Part shown: positions 47,597 through 57,916 of the stretch, one piece after another
Layout of the letters: each line of letters opens with the position of its first letter
How positions within the stretch are numbered: the stretch's first letter is position 1
The notes under the pieces: generated by a model
Seen by the model: only the letters and a program-made list of their open reading frames with translations
Database searches by the model: none
Told to the model about the DNA's origin: nothing
Position numbers and translations under genes: made by a program
Assembly: GCA_964612945.1 (NCBI GenBank)
Contig: CAZTFR010000002.1
Coordinates: 7,497 to 71,496 of the forward strand
Direction of reading: 5' to 3'
From: an uncultured Thermoplasmatales archaeon
GTDB taxonomy: Archaea; Thermoplasmatota; E2; DHVEG-1
Length of the DNA: 64,000 nucleotides

Positions 47597-47980
47597 ACAA
47601 CAATCATTCTGCTCCTCCTTGGCGTAGCCGTTGCTCCTTTGATGCAGGCAGAACTAAAACTCCACGAATCAGATTATATTGAAGTCCAGACAGAATTCTG
47701 TGGACTTTTTAGAAAACCACACACCACACAGCTTACACAGAATGAGGCAATGGAACTGGAACACCTCATTGAAGACATTGAAAACAGGTTGTTACAGACG
47801 GAGACGCGATAGCAGACAGTAGAAATTTACCATGAAACACTTGACAAATTTCATAACTATGGTTTAATTGAGGATACCTGTTTTAATCAGTTGAAGAGAA
47901 ATATAATTTTTCCCCCTCTGAGAACTATGGTTATTGGTTTTGCCCATTTGATTCACTTTATACTGATACAATATATGTAA
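47597..47980 (+). pseudogene. degenerate tandem paralog of 46834..47586
   Basis: IILLLLGVAVAPLMQA...IEVQTEFCG...KPHTTQLTQNEAMELEHL...ETR*QTVE...YGLI...VIGFAHLIHFI aligns by eye with the upstream gene; no start codon; TAG at 47810-47812. Confidence 0.8.
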
Positions 47981-47982
47981 AT

Positions 47983-48156
47983 TGGAGGAAAATTCGTTTT
48001 ATAGGAGATCCTAATATTAGGGTCAGGGCAAAAGATATACATGAGACTATTGGCCCATGGGAATATCTAAAAGTTTCTCTTTCCAAAAACTATCCTTCAG
48101 ATAATATTTTCTCCAGGACACGAAATGAAATATATTGCAGTTCACTCAAGAAATAG
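47983..48156 (+). pseudogene. C-terminal fragment of a PKD-type secreted protein
   Basis: IRVRAKDIHETIGPWEYLKVSLSKN resembles the PKD tail VRVKARDSPGLESNWS seen at about 1850-1910; no start codon. Confidence 0.5.
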
Positions 48157-48280
48157 AAGATATTCTATATAGTAGAGAGTTTTTATTCAATAGAGAATTA
48201 ACAATAAAATACTTGGGATTAAGAAACAACTATTTTCCTTTAAAAATGTTAAAATATGATATCATATATCCAAAAAAACA

Positions 48281-48487
48281 ATGCATTATCAAAAATGGAG
48301 TAAGATGTATACATTCGGCTTTTTTCTGGGAAGTGCTGTTGGAGCTGCAATATTATTGATTCTTTGGTTTCTGGGATTTGACACGTCGATATCCTATTTT
48401 GCTAAACTCTTTTTATTTCTCATCATTGTGATCTCATTTAGTATTGGTGTATGGTATTATGAATTGAGGAAAAATAAAAAAAAATAA
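48281..48487 (+). CDS. small 2-TM membrane protein
   Basis: Two hydrophobic segments and a basic tail. Confidence 0.55.
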   Translation: MHYQKWSKMYTFGFFLGSAVGAAILLILWFLGFDTSISYFAKLFLFLIIVISFSIGVWYYELRKNKKK

Positions 48488-48565
48488 ACTGTGAACTGTA
48501 GAGTATATCACGTGAGTTTAGAAAAAAGATAAATACTTTGAAACAGAGCGTACGTTGGGTAAAAA

Positions 48566-48745
48566 ATGGGTAGAAAAAGATGGCTTGGGGTTTTTGTTGT
48601 GTTTATGATTCTGAATATTATTCTGATTCCAGTGACCATGTTTAATGTTCTATCAATAAATCTTATAGCTTTACATTTGATACGAGGTTGCCTGATATTT
48701 TTTGCTCTCGTTGCACTACTCATAGCAGTTCTATCAAAACAATAA
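48566..48745 (+). CDS. small 2-TM membrane protein, 59 aa
   Basis: Hand translation MGRKRWLGVFVVFMILNIILIPVTMFNVLSINLIALHLIRGCLIFFALVALLIAVLSKQ*. Confidence 0.5.
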   Translation: MGRKRWLGVFVVFMILNIILIPVTMFNVLSINLIALHLIRGCLIFFALVALLIAVLSKQ

Positions 48746-48883
48746 TATGATTTTTATTTCGTGGATATTCATAATTAATTCTATAAACGGAGTTTGATAC
48801 GTTCCACTTTTTTCCCCAAGCATCCTTTAACAAAGAAAAAAAGTATATGTACACCAATACATACAACACCTTCAGAGGATCAA

Positions 48884-50848
48884 ATGAAACGTAGTCTTAC
48901 CGCTCTGGACATCACGGCCATCTCCTACGAGATGAACCAGTTGAGCGGAAGCTACATCGACAAAATCTACCAACTCAGCCCCAGCGAACTGCTCATCAGA
49001 ATCAACAATACAAAAACCCGGCAAAAAGAGCACCTCTACATCCAAAACGAAACACTCATCGCACTTACCACGCAGTCCTTTGAAACACCACAGAAACCAT
49101 CTGTGTTTGCTCAAACCCTGCGAAAATACCTGCTGAATGGAAGAATAACACATGTCACCCAACACCCCTTCGATCGTATCATCCACATCATTATCACCAA
49201 AAAAAGTGTCTACACAATCACCATTGAACTCTTCAAAAATGGAAACATCCTGCTTCTCAACGAAGACAACACTATCCTGCTTCCCCTCCGAAATCAACAC
49301 TGGGCACACCGCATCATCAAACCCAACCATCCCTATACCCCGCCACCTGCTCAACAAAACCCGTTCGCTCTCACCAAAGACCAGTTCACTCAGCTTCTTA
49401 AGCAAAGCAACAAAGATCTCGTCCGCACCTTGGCAATCGACCTCAACTTCGGTGGCACCTACGCCGAGGAACTCTGCATCCGAGCAGACCTACAGAAAAA
49501 CACCGAAACAAACAAGCTTTCCCCTCCGCAAATAGCTTTGCTGTACACCACCATGCAGCAGCTACTCGCACCCTTCAAAACACACACCTACTCCCCCCAA
49601 CATGTCTACCACAACGACACCCTCATCGACATCATCCCACTTCCCCTCCAAACCTACCACCAGTTCACCCTCAAACCCATACAAAGCTTTCTAGCAGGAT
49701 TCACTCCGCTTATCACCCCGCCAAAAAAACACGACACCACCACCAAGGCATACCAAAAAAAGAAAGATAAACTCAAACGACAACTCACCCAGCAACAAAA
49801 AACCATACAGACCTACCAACAGCACATCAAAGAAAAACAACACCACGGAGACCTGCTGTATCTACATTTCCATGAGCTTGAGCCGCTTCTCAACCAGATA
49901 CAAACCATCCTCAAACAAAAAGAAAAACAAGACGACATCACCAAAATCCAACACCACCCCCTTGTTAACACCTTTGAACCCGAAGAAAATACTCTCATTG
50001 TCACCCTCACCGACAAAAAAGGAACCAAAACAAACATCTCTCTTGACTTTCGAAAAACCATTGCAGATAACGCAAACCAAGCCTATCAACAGGGAAAAAA
50101 ACTCCGCAGCAAAATACAGGGAGCACAACAAGCCGTCAAACAAACCAAACAAAAAATCCAGACTCTGACCAAACAACAGATAAAAGAACAAGAAACATCT
50201 CCCACCACATCAAAACAACACTTCTGGTTTGAACGCTACCGCTGGTTCATCTCCTCAGAGGGAAATCTGATTGTTGCGGGAAAAGATGCAAAAACCAACG
50301 ATCAGGTAGTCAAAAAATACCTCACCGAAGGAGACCGCTATGCACACGCCGACGTTCACGGCGCACCCAGCTGCGTGATCAAACACACCGATTACACCGG
50401 AAAATCACTCGACATATCAGACAAAACACTCTCTGAGGCATGCATCTTTGCCGCAGCCTACTCAAAAGCATGGAACCAATTTGCCGAGGCACAATCTTAC
50501 TGGGTCCTCCCCGAGCAGGTCAGCAAAACACCACAAAGCGGCGAATTTGTCCCCCGCGGCGCCTTCATCATCCGTGGAAAACGAAACTACTACCAATGCA
50601 CACTCGAACTTGCCATCGGAGAAATACAGCTTGATGACACCAAAAAAATAATGGGCGGACCAGTCAGCGCCGTACAAACCCATGCTGAAAAATATGTGGT
50701 CATAAAACCTGGTGTCATGAAAAAAACAACGGCGGTCAAAAAACTTTCCACACTCTTCAACGCATCAACAGAACAACTACAACAAGTACTTCCTCCAGTA
50801 GGAATTACAATAACTGAATCAAAAGGCATCACCTTTGAGGGGCGGTGA
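48884..50848 (+). CDS. rqcH: ribosome quality control protein RqcH/Rqc2 (NFACT family)
   Basis: IDKIYQ, FAQTLRKYL, FDRII, IELFKNGNILL, coiled coil, WFERYRWFISS...AGKDAKTND, HADVHGAPS, VSKTPQSGEFVPRGAFIIRG; start MKRSLT at 48884. Confidence 0.93.
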   Translation: MKRSLTALDITAISYEMNQLSGSYIDKIYQLSPSELLIRINNTKTRQKEHLYIQNETLIALTTQSFETPQKPSVFAQTLRKYLLNGRITHVTQHPFDRIIHIIITKKSVYTITIELFKNGNILLLNEDNTILLPLRNQHWAHRIIKPNHPYTPPPAQQNPFALTKDQFTQLLKQSNKDLVRTLAIDLNFGGTYAEELCIRADLQKNTETNKLSPPQIALLYTTMQQLLAPFKTHTYSPQHVYHNDTLIDIIPLPLQTYHQFTLKPIQSFLAGFTPLITPPKKHDTTTKAYQKKKDKLKRQLTQQQKTIQTYQQHIKEKQHHGDLLYLHFHELEPLLNQIQTILKQKEKQDDITKIQHHPLVNTFEPEENTLIVTLTDKKGTKTNISLDFRKTIADNANQAYQQGKKLRSKIQGAQQAVKQTKQKIQTLTKQQIKEQETSPTTSKQHFWFERYRWFISSEGNLIVAGKDAKTNDQVVKKYLTEGDRYAHADVHGAPSCVIKHTDYTGKSLDISDKTLSEACIFAAAYSKAWNQFAEAQSYWVLPEQVSKTPQSGEFVPRGAFIIRGKRNYYQCTLELAIGEIQLDDTKKIMGGPVSAVQTHAEKYVVIKPGVMKKTTAVKKLSTLFNASTEQLQQVLPPVGITITESKGITFEGR

Positions 50849-50854
50849 ACTGAA

Positions 50855-51904
50855 ATGAAAATAGTCCACACCGATCTCAAACATGGCGAAATAAAAATTG
50901 TCCCTGAAAACCTGGATGATATCTGGCATCTCTACAACATAATAGAAGAAGGAGATCTGCTCCGCGCGGTGACCTTTCGAACCGATGAACAAAAAGCAGA
51001 TCAAATTCGTTCCAAAAAATCAGAAAAAAAACGAATGAAATTAGGAATCCGCGTGGAAAAAATTAGCTTTCATGAATTCAGCGACCGACTCCGCATCACC
51101 GGTGTGATTGAGGAAGGACCTCAGGATCTTGGCTCCTATCATACCTACAATATCGATGCAGCAAAAATGGAAGCATTCTCTGTTGTAAAAGAGGAATGGA
51201 AACACCATCAGCTGGATCGATTAGAAGAAGCCGTTAAACAGCGAACTGAGTCACTCTTGTATTTTGTCTCCCTTGATGATGAGGGGGCAACAATTGCTGC
51301 ACTCCGGCAGAGTGGTATTCAAAAAATCGCTGAGGTCAGTTCCAGCAGATCAGGAAAGTTGTATGAGAGCGTGGAGACAACACATGAATATTTTGGCGAT
51401 ATCGTAGGAGTGCTTCGACATGCAGAGATTGGTGAAGCACCAGTTGTGGTAATTGGACCGGGGTTTACCCGTGAGCATTTTCTTTCCTTTGGAAAAACAC
51501 ATGCATCTGAGATTTTTTCTCATGTCCACAGTCATCCAACAGGGCATGCCGGTATGAATGGCATTCATGAGGCGATCAAAAATGGTGTTGTTGATCAAAT
51601 CACAAAGGAAAACCGGGTATCTCTTGAGACGCAGCTTGTTGAGCGTTTGTTTGAAGAAATTCGGAAAGATGGCGCAGTGGTGTATGGTCAGGATGAGGTG
51701 GTTTCTGCGTTGTCTACAGGTGCAGTTGAGCATTTATTGATTTCTGATGTGTTGCTTCGTAAAAAGGAGGGTGATAAACTGTTAGCTCATGCTCGGAACA
51801 CACAGAGTAAGTATACTGTAATTAACTCTCTTCATGAGGCTGGTAAAAAATTTGAAGGGATTGGTGGGGTGGCGGCGTTTCTTCGCTATAAAATGACTGC
51901 TTAA
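50855..51904 (+). CDS. pelA: pelota (ribosome rescue / mRNA surveillance)
   Basis: PENLDDIWHL, LRITGVI, GSYHT, IGPGFTR, VYG..EV, GAVEHLLISD, GGVAAFLRY. Confidence 0.95.
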   Translation: MKIVHTDLKHGEIKIVPENLDDIWHLYNIIEEGDLLRAVTFRTDEQKADQIRSKKSEKKRMKLGIRVEKISFHEFSDRLRITGVIEEGPQDLGSYHTYNIDAAKMEAFSVVKEEWKHHQLDRLEEAVKQRTESLLYFVSLDDEGATIAALRQSGIQKIAEVSSSRSGKLYESVETTHEYFGDIVGVLRHAEIGEAPVVVIGPGFTREHFLSFGKTHASEIFSHVHSHPTGHAGMNGIHEAIKNGVVDQITKENRVSLETQLVERLFEEIRKDGAVVYGQDEVVSALSTGAVEHLLISDVLLRKKEGDKLLAHARNTQSKYTVINSLHEAGKKFEGIGGVAAFLRYKMTA

Positions 51905-52650
51905 ATGTAGCGTCCGCATCCGGTGTTGATGATCATACCCAAGGCGGGTGGGGCTTCGTTATCTCTGAAGTCATCAAGATTGCCATTGTTTCCTCCGGTG
52001 TCTTTGATGTCATCGTCTTGTTCTTCTGCGTTGGTGAGCATGAAATATTCGTAGGTGATTTTGAGGTCAAAGTCGTTTCCTTTGTCTCGGATGTATTTGA
52101 GTGGTCTGATGATGCGTTCTCCGGTTTGTATGGCTACTTCAAGGTCAAAGCTGGGGTGATCGGTTTTGTAATATTCTTCTTGGATTTGTTGTAGTGCTGC
52201 ATTTGCGTCGGTTGCTTCGATGCTTTTTATGGTGGGCAAGGAGTTTATCATAAAGGTCATGCTAAATGTTCCGTTTCCTGTGGATTCTTCGCTTTTTGTT
52301 TGTCCCTCATAGGTGATATCTGCGGTGAGAGTGTCTTCTCCTTTGGTTCGGAGCAGACCGTAGGTGGAATCATCGGTCCAGGTAATTTCAAAGGTGACAG
52401 AGATGAGGTTGTCCTCACTGATGGTCATGGTCTCGGTGAAGGGATCGTTTTTTGCTGCAGTGTAGCTCTCTGTTGCATAGGATGAGGTTGTGGAATCCCA
52501 TGATATTAGAAAGGTTTTTGTCTCACCGGTGTCAACATCGTCAAGGTCGGTTTCGGGGGCGGTGTAGACGGCGATTCCAGCTCCTGCGAGGATTATGATG
52601 ATGACTGCGGCAAGAATTATAATTTTATCATTTTTGTGAAGCATGATCAT
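51901..52650 (-). CDS. hypothetical membrane-anchored protein
   Basis: N-terminal TM segment, acidic Thr-rich beta-like ectodomain. Confidence 0.75.
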   Translation of the reverse strand: MIMLHKNDKIIILAAVIIIILAGAGIAVYTAPETDLDDVDTGETKTFLISWDSTTSSYATESYTAAKNDPFTETMTISEDNLISVTFEITWTDDSTYGLLRTKGEDTLTADITYEGQTKSEESTGNGTFSMTFMINSLPTIKSIEATDANAALQQIQEEYYKTDHPSFDLEVAIQTGERIIRPLKYIRDKGNDFDLKITYEYFMLTNAEEQDDDIKDTGGNNGNLDDFRDNEAPPALGMIINTGCGRYI

Positions 52651-52823
52651 GATGTCACCTGGTAATTTTAGTGTAAGGTGTAATACTTTTTTTTTTTGTT
52701 CTGTGTATTAATATGTTTCGGCCTTTATTAATTTTTTCCTCTTTATATATTAATTTACATTATATTTTATTGTGCGGGCGTCTATTCGCAGTAGTATGGG
52801 TTTTTCCTAAAGTGAGGGCGGGT

Positions 52824-54140
52824 TTATTCTCCAAGGATCATTTCTCCATTGTTTCGGAAGAGACCACGGTAGGGGTAGCGGTCGTTGATTTGTGGTTCCA
52901 TGGCTTTGAATTGTTCCAGATTTGCATCAGTGCGTAGGTGGTATTGGGCATAGTAAAAGGCTTCTTCGACGGAGACCTTACCGTCCTGAAAACGCATTCG
53001 ATATCGAGGGTTTCCTATGTTGAGTATGCCGTTGCGGTATCCATCGGCCTCCCCGGTCTGTAGGCCATGAAACCAGAGGAAGGTGAAGATGGGTCCCTGG
53101 GTGGTGCTTGCGAATCCTGCGCGGTATTTGCTGGTGCCGGCGATGATGATCCGGCCGCTTTTGGGGAGGTCTGAGCGGAAGATGAGGGGGGTGCGGATGT
53201 TGAGGATGGTTTTGTCTGCAAACCCGCCGCAGAAGCAGGCGTCGACGATGAGTGCCATCTTTTTTGATTGCAGCGGTGCAAGCCACTCGCCAAGGTCTTT
53301 GTCACTGACGATTTCTGCGCCGTTGTCTGGATCCCAGAGGAAGATTTGGCTGCTTTCAAAGAGTTTTCCTCCGGTGAGAGAATTGTTAAGATCGCCGTAT
53401 CCATGGTTGAACATCCAGATGAAAACTTCGCTGTCTCGGTGGCGGTTTGATTCAGTGATGATTTGGTTGAAGGTGTTGATGACTGTGTTTTTGGTGGCTG
53501 CGCCGTAGACTACATCGTAGGTGTGTCTGCGTTCCTGGAGTGTTTCGAGGCGTTTTCCGCGTCCGTTGTCTTCGCGGATCCATCCGTCGTCAAAGAGGAT
53601 GAAGATGTTTGAGGTAGCGTAGTTGCATTCTTCGATGAGGTAGGCGGCCATTTCTTCGGCAAGGTAGAGTCCGCCATTTCCGAGTTTGCTGTCATTGTTT
53701 TCTGGAAAGTTGGCTGCGGCGACAAAGACGGCCCATTTGTGGGTGTCACTTTCAACAGCGTCGGGGTTGTCGACTTTGACGGTGATAGTTTCTGTGGTGG
53801 ATGTTTGGTGGTTATCCCAGACACGTACCTGAATGGTATACTGTCCGTCTTGTTTGTCTAAAATGTTCCATTCGTAGCTCCAATGGGTGGTTCCATCAAC
53901 GGTGGTCCATTTTCCGTCATTGATGGAGAGTTCTACGTTTTTTATGGTGTCTGCTCCATCGGCATCATCGGTTGTTCCACTGATGATTACCAGTCGGGAG
54001 ACCGTAGCATCGGGCAGTGGATGGTTGATGTGGATGGTGGGTGGGGTGTTTGGTGGTTCTGAGTCAAATTCAAGGCAGCCTGCGAAGCTGAGACTGAATA
54101 GGAGGAAAATGATGAAGAAGGGTACAAGGTGTTTGTCCAT
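52824..54140 (-). CDS. lipoprotein-like clan CD (caspase/legumain-fold) peptidase with N-terminal Ig-like domain
   Basis: FAGC lipobox-like motif; Ig-like domain; KWAVFV, WMFNHG (His), VDACFCGGF (Cys), DGKVSVEEAF, PQIND. Confidence 0.8.
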   Translation of the reverse strand: MDKHLVPFFIIFLLFSLSFAGCLEFDSEPPNTPPTIHINHPLPDATVSRLVIISGTTDDADGADTIKNVELSINDGKWTTVDGTTHWSYEWNILDKQDGQYTIQVRVWDNHQTSTTETITVKVDNPDAVESDTHKWAVFVAAANFPENNDSKLGNGGLYLAEEMAAYLIEECNYATSNIFILFDDGWIREDNGRGKRLETLQERRHTYDVVYGAATKNTVINTFNQIITESNRHRDSEVFIWMFNHGYGDLNNSLTGGKLFESSQIFLWDPDNGAEIVSDKDLGEWLAPLQSKKMALIVDACFCGGFADKTILNIRTPLIFRSDLPKSGRIIIAGTSKYRAGFASTTQGPIFTFLWFHGLQTGEADGYRNGILNIGNPRYRMRFQDGKVSVEEAFYYAQYHLRTDANLEQFKAMEPQINDRYPYRGLFRNNGEMILGE

Positions 54141-54222
54141 TGATGCTACCTAAGTATAAATTTACGTCATTATTATATAAATGGTTTTTGGAACAAGTCT
54201 TACCCAGAAATATAGATTTTTG

Positions 54223-55221
54223 TTAGAAATGATGGGGGCGGAAATGTTCGTATCCCTTGTTTTCAAGACGTGTTGTGGTATCATGTGAGATGCGATGGAT
54301 ACGTTGTGTTTTGGTTACTGTTCCAATCGCTGTAATCTGGTATCCTTTTTGTTGTGCCTTGTTTTGGATGCGTTCAAAATCGTTGAAATCACAGGTGAAT
54401 ACCAGTTCGTAGTCTCCGCCGAAATGAAGCGCGATTTCAAGAGGGTTTAGCTCCGGTTTGTGGTCTGATAGATGTTTAAGTTCTGCTGCGATTGGTATGG
54501 TTTGTTCGTCGATGTCAAAGCCAAGTGTGTTTCTCTCCCCGAGTTGATAAAGTGATGAGGAGAGTCCGTCGGAGAGATCCATGCAGGTGGATATTCCTTT
54601 TTGTTTGGAAAGCAGCTGTCCGAGCGGTAACTGCGGTGTGGGTCTGAACAGATGCTTGGTTGTATCCGGTGAGGCATTGTTGTGTTGGAGTGCGTAGTAG
54701 CCTGCGCCTGCTTTTCCGAGTGTTCCGGAGACTGCGACCACCTCTCCGGGTTTCATGCCGTGTCTTCCGAGATAGTTGTGTTTTCTGACACGTCCTATTG
54801 CAGTTCCACACAGGCTTATTGTTTCTGATTCTTTGAGATCTCCTCCGAGAATCTCTGTATTGTATGTTGTGCAGCAGCAAAGAGCGCCTTTGGTAAGCTG
54901 GGTGAGATAAGAGTCGGTGGTATCTGCGGGGAGGCCATAGGAGAGGAGCAGTCCGAGAGGTGTGGCGCCGCAGCAGGCCAGATCGCTCAGGTTGATTGCC
55001 ACCAGAAACCATCCCAGATCTGAGGGGGTCATCTGTGGGGGTATATGGGTGTGCTGGTGGATCATGTCACTGGTGAGGACCAGGTAGTCTTTTCCATACT
55101 CAATGCGTGCGCAGTCATCACCCAGCTGCCCTGCTGATGGTTGGTCGGAGAGCAGATCGAAGAGGTGTTTGATCGCCTGTCGTTCTCCGATGTCTTGTAA
55201 CCGGTTCACAATAGTATGCAA
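54223..55221 (-). CDS. thiL: thiamine-monophosphate kinase
   Basis: IGE, GDDCA, NLSDLA, GGD, MDLSDGL, GGDYELVFT, GYEHF. Confidence 0.93.
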   Translation of the reverse strand: MHTIVNRLQDIGERQAIKHLFDLLSDQPSAGQLGDDCARIEYGKDYLVLTSDMIHQHTHIPPQMTPSDLGWFLVAINLSDLACCGATPLGLLLSYGLPADTTDSYLTQLTKGALCCCTTYNTEILGGDLKESETISLCGTAIGRVRKHNYLGRHGMKPGEVVAVSGTLGKAGAGYYALQHNNASPDTTKHLFRPTPQLPLGQLLSKQKGISTCMDLSDGLSSSLYQLGERNTLGFDIDEQTIPIAAELKHLSDHKPELNPLEIALHFGGDYELVFTCDFNDFERIQNKAQQKGYQITAIGTVTKTQRIHRISHDTTTRLENKGYEHFRPHHF

Positions 55222-55289
55222 CTTTGCATGAATTCAAAAAGTTTATCCATAACGGGGTGATGTTTGTCTGTGTCCAGTGAGGTGTTTCT

Positions 55290-56315
55290 GTGAAAAAAAT
55301 GACCTACGCAGCATCTGGAGTAGATATCAGCAAAGAAGAACATGCTATTTCTGATTTGATTCAGCAGATCAGATTTAAACGTACCGGTGTCGGAAGGCCT
55401 CTTGGTGGTCAGTATGCAGGACTTGTTGATTTTGGTGAACATGCACTGGTACTTTGTACCGATGGCGTGGGTAGTAAGGTGTTGATCGCATCGGCTCTAC
55501 AGAAGTGGGATACAGTAGGAATCGACTGCATCGCTATGAATGTCAACGACGCCCTCTGTGTGGGTGCTGAGCCGATTGCATTTGTCGATTATCTTGCCAT
55601 AGACAACCCTGACCCTGCCGTTACTCGTGAGATTGGAAAAGGCCTTGCCATGGGCGCTCGGCAGGCAAATATCTCCATTGTCGGCGGGGAGACTGCATCA
55701 CTTCCTGAGATTGTCAACGGCTTTGATCTGGCCGGGACCTGCCTTGCCTACGTAAACAAAAAAGACATCATCACCGGTGAACAGATCGCCCCTGGTGACG
55801 TTCTCATCGGTCTTGCAAGTAGTGGTATTCACTCAAACGGCTACAGTCTAGTCCGAAAGATCATCGAGGCGCAGAACCACTCGTATACCGACAGCTTTTC
55901 CGATAACAGGTATCCTGATACTACCATTGGAGAGGTACTATTGACACCTACCCGTATCTACGTTAAACAAATCATGAAGCTTCTCAAGCAGGTTTCCCTG
56001 CATGGACTTGCCCATATCACCGGTGGCGGCCTGCGGAATCTCCTCCGGTTGAATACAAACGTACGATACGTTATCGACTGTCCTCTTCCCCCGCAGCCAT
56101 TGTTTGATACGCTTCAACAGATGGGAAAGGTAGATGACAAAGAAATGTATCAGACGTTTAACATGGGCATGGGATTTACAATTATTGTTGGTGAGGATGA
56201 AAGTAAAAAGGCGCTCTCTCTTCTTAACAGACACAGTGATTTTGATGTACAAGTTGTTGGATATATCGATAAAGGAAAGGGAGTAGTACATCAACCAAAA
56301 AATATTGAGTTTTGA
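55290..56315 (+). CDS. purM: phosphoribosylformylglycinamidine cyclo-ligase
   Basis: TYAASGVD, TDGVGSK, AMNVND, GGETA, SSGIHSNGYSL, HITGGG, TFNMGMG. Confidence 0.96.
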   Translation: MKKMTYAASGVDISKEEHAISDLIQQIRFKRTGVGRPLGGQYAGLVDFGEHALVLCTDGVGSKVLIASALQKWDTVGIDCIAMNVNDALCVGAEPIAFVDYLAIDNPDPAVTREIGKGLAMGARQANISIVGGETASLPEIVNGFDLAGTCLAYVNKKDIITGEQIAPGDVLIGLASSGIHSNGYSLVRKIIEAQNHSYTDSFSDNRYPDTTIGEVLLTPTRIYVKQIMKLLKQVSLHGLAHITGGGLRNLLRLNTNVRYVIDCPLPPQPLFDTLQQMGKVDDKEMYQTFNMGMGFTIIVGEDESKKALSLLNRHSDFDVQVVGYIDKGKGVVHQPKNIEF

Positions 56316-56463
56316 ATTAGATAATTAAGAATTACAACGTTTTTTCATATCTTTTTTTGCAAATTTCTATTAAATCAGACAAGATATTTTGAGAATATTG
56401 AGTTGATTAATTGAAAATTGTATCAACGAATCATATTACACCTACTCGTTTTGAGCCTTTTGA

Positions 56464-57222
56464 TTAGCTGAGTATAGTAAAAACAAAGATAATCCCAATA
56501 AGAATCGGCTGATGCACAAGATAAATCACCAACGAATGCCTCCCAAGAAAACAAAAAACACCAACCACTCTATTTGGCACCGGCTCAGATAGCTCAAACC
56601 GTCGCGTATTCCCCCAGTATAGGATGCGCCCAAGCACCATACCCAAAAGCACCACCCCAAACCAGGGAAGCAAAGGAAAATAATCAAGGGTATAAAACAA
56701 AGACGGACGAATACCTGCCCACAAAAGCCAAGGAAACTCAACAATAATCCCTTGAAACAGAAGACCCAGCACAACAAAAACCACGGCAAGCTCCACATTA
56801 TACCTCGGCCAGCGCAAAAACGGATAACTCATCATAATACACACCCCAATACAATGCAAAATCCCAAACATGATGAATCCCTCATGCGGATACACATACG
56901 TAATCAAAGTGATCAAAAGCCCAAACCCAAAAATCTTCAACCCCCGCACCACAAATTTCAACGGAATCTCCCGCTCCGATAGATACTGCTGTGCACGCGC
57001 ATAACTCAGCGTCAGCGACACACCCACCAAAAGCAAAAACGTCGTACCAATTGGATACAAAAAAAGACGAACCAGCGGATGATACAAATCAATAAAAACA
57101 ACCTGAAAATAGGTAAGATCAAACAGAATGTGATAGGTAATCATCATACAAATCGCAATACCACGAACAAAATCTACCTCCCAAAACCGAGTCATCACAG
57201 CCTTCAGTACCACAACATCCAA
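56464..57222 (-). CDS. DUF1624 / heparan-alpha-glucosaminide N-acetyltransferase-like membrane protein
   Basis: RFWEVDFVRGIAI.MMI.YH, FGILHCIG, DYFPLLPW, GRHSLVIYLVHQP. Confidence 0.88.
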   Translation of the reverse strand: MDVVVLKAVMTRFWEVDFVRGIAICMMITYHILFDLTYFQVVFIDLYHPLVRLFLYPIGTTFLLLVGVSLTLSYARAQQYLSEREIPLKFVVRGLKIFGFGLLITLITYVYPHEGFIMFGILHCIGVCIMMSYPFLRWPRYNVELAVVFVVLGLLFQGIIVEFPWLLWAGIRPSLFYTLDYFPLLPWFGVVLLGMVLGRILYWGNTRRFELSEPVPNRVVGVFCFLGRHSLVIYLVHQPILIGIIFVFTILS

Positions 57223-57268
57223 AACAAAACCTCACCATAAAAAGATGCTGACAAAAAAAAAGAGTGAG

Positions 57269-57343
57269 TAGCGGGGAGTGGATTTGAACCACTGATCTAC
57301 GGGTTATGGGCCCGTCGGGATTTCCTGACTACCCCACCCCGCT
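57269..57343 (-). tRNA. initiator tRNA-Met (CAU)
   Basis: Reverse complement AGCGGGG...ACGGG-CC-CAT-AA-CCCGT...GGTTCAAATCC..CCCCGCT-A; A1-U72 pair and three G-C pairs in the anticodon stem; no intron; CCA not encoded. Confidence 0.96.
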
Positions 57344-57507
57344 ATCAACAACAAACCCGCAGGGAAACAAACCATCAGAGAGTGTAGATGGTGAATAACG
57401 TTTTCATACTTAAAGGTACACCCAAACACCTCTCATGATACCCACAAGGCGTTTGTGAAAAAAGATTAAATACACAAAACAAAATCAGATACCACGGAGA
57501 CACCCAT

Positions 57508-57720
57508 ATGAATACTGAGACCCTTCACTCTCATCTTCTCAAACGAGCAGCAAATGAACCACAAGTCTGCACCAACTGCACCACCCGCATCGAGCCTGGC
57601 ACAATCTACTATCGGGAGGAAGGACATAAAGAACACATCCACTCCCTGATCGCCCGCCGGTTCTGCCAGGAATGCTACGCAAAATACGGCGAAAAAAAAC
57701 TTCTCAAAGGAACAAAATAA
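57508..57720 (+). CDS. small zinc-binding protein (CxxC...CxxC)
   Basis: CTNC...YYRE...FCQEC; GGAGA SD. Confidence 0.7.
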   Translation: MNTETLHSHLLKRAANEPQVCTNCTTRIEPGTIYYREEGHKEHIHSLIARRFCQECYAKYGEKKLLKGTK

Positions 57721-57798
57721 ACAGCCATTTATGTCACCATACTGCTCACAAAACATTTTTGATAGCCTCCTCTATTTCTGATGCACCATCCTTTTGAT

Positions 57799-57881
57799 GC
57801 AGGGGTACCCGAGCGGTCAAAGGGGCAGGGCTTAGGACCCTGTGACGTAGGTCTTCGAGCGTTCGAATCGCTCCCCCTGCA
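57799..57881 (+). tRNA. tRNA-Leu (UAG)
   Basis: GCAGGGG/CCCCTGC acceptor stem, CAGGG-CT-TAG-GA-CCCTG anticodon arm, long variable arm, GAGCG-TTCGAAT-CGCTC T arm. Confidence 0.96.
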
Positions 57882-57916
57882 CTTCACCCACACAAAAAAA
57901 CAGTTCGTGTTCGACT

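Noticed and set aside
55222..55289. TPP riboswitch upstream of thiL
   Set aside because: The gap is under 70 nt and lacks the CTGAGA and other conserved TPP elements.
57269..57881. tRNA genes as integration sites
   Set aside because: No duplicated tRNA 3' end or integrase noticed; flanking genes are housekeeping.
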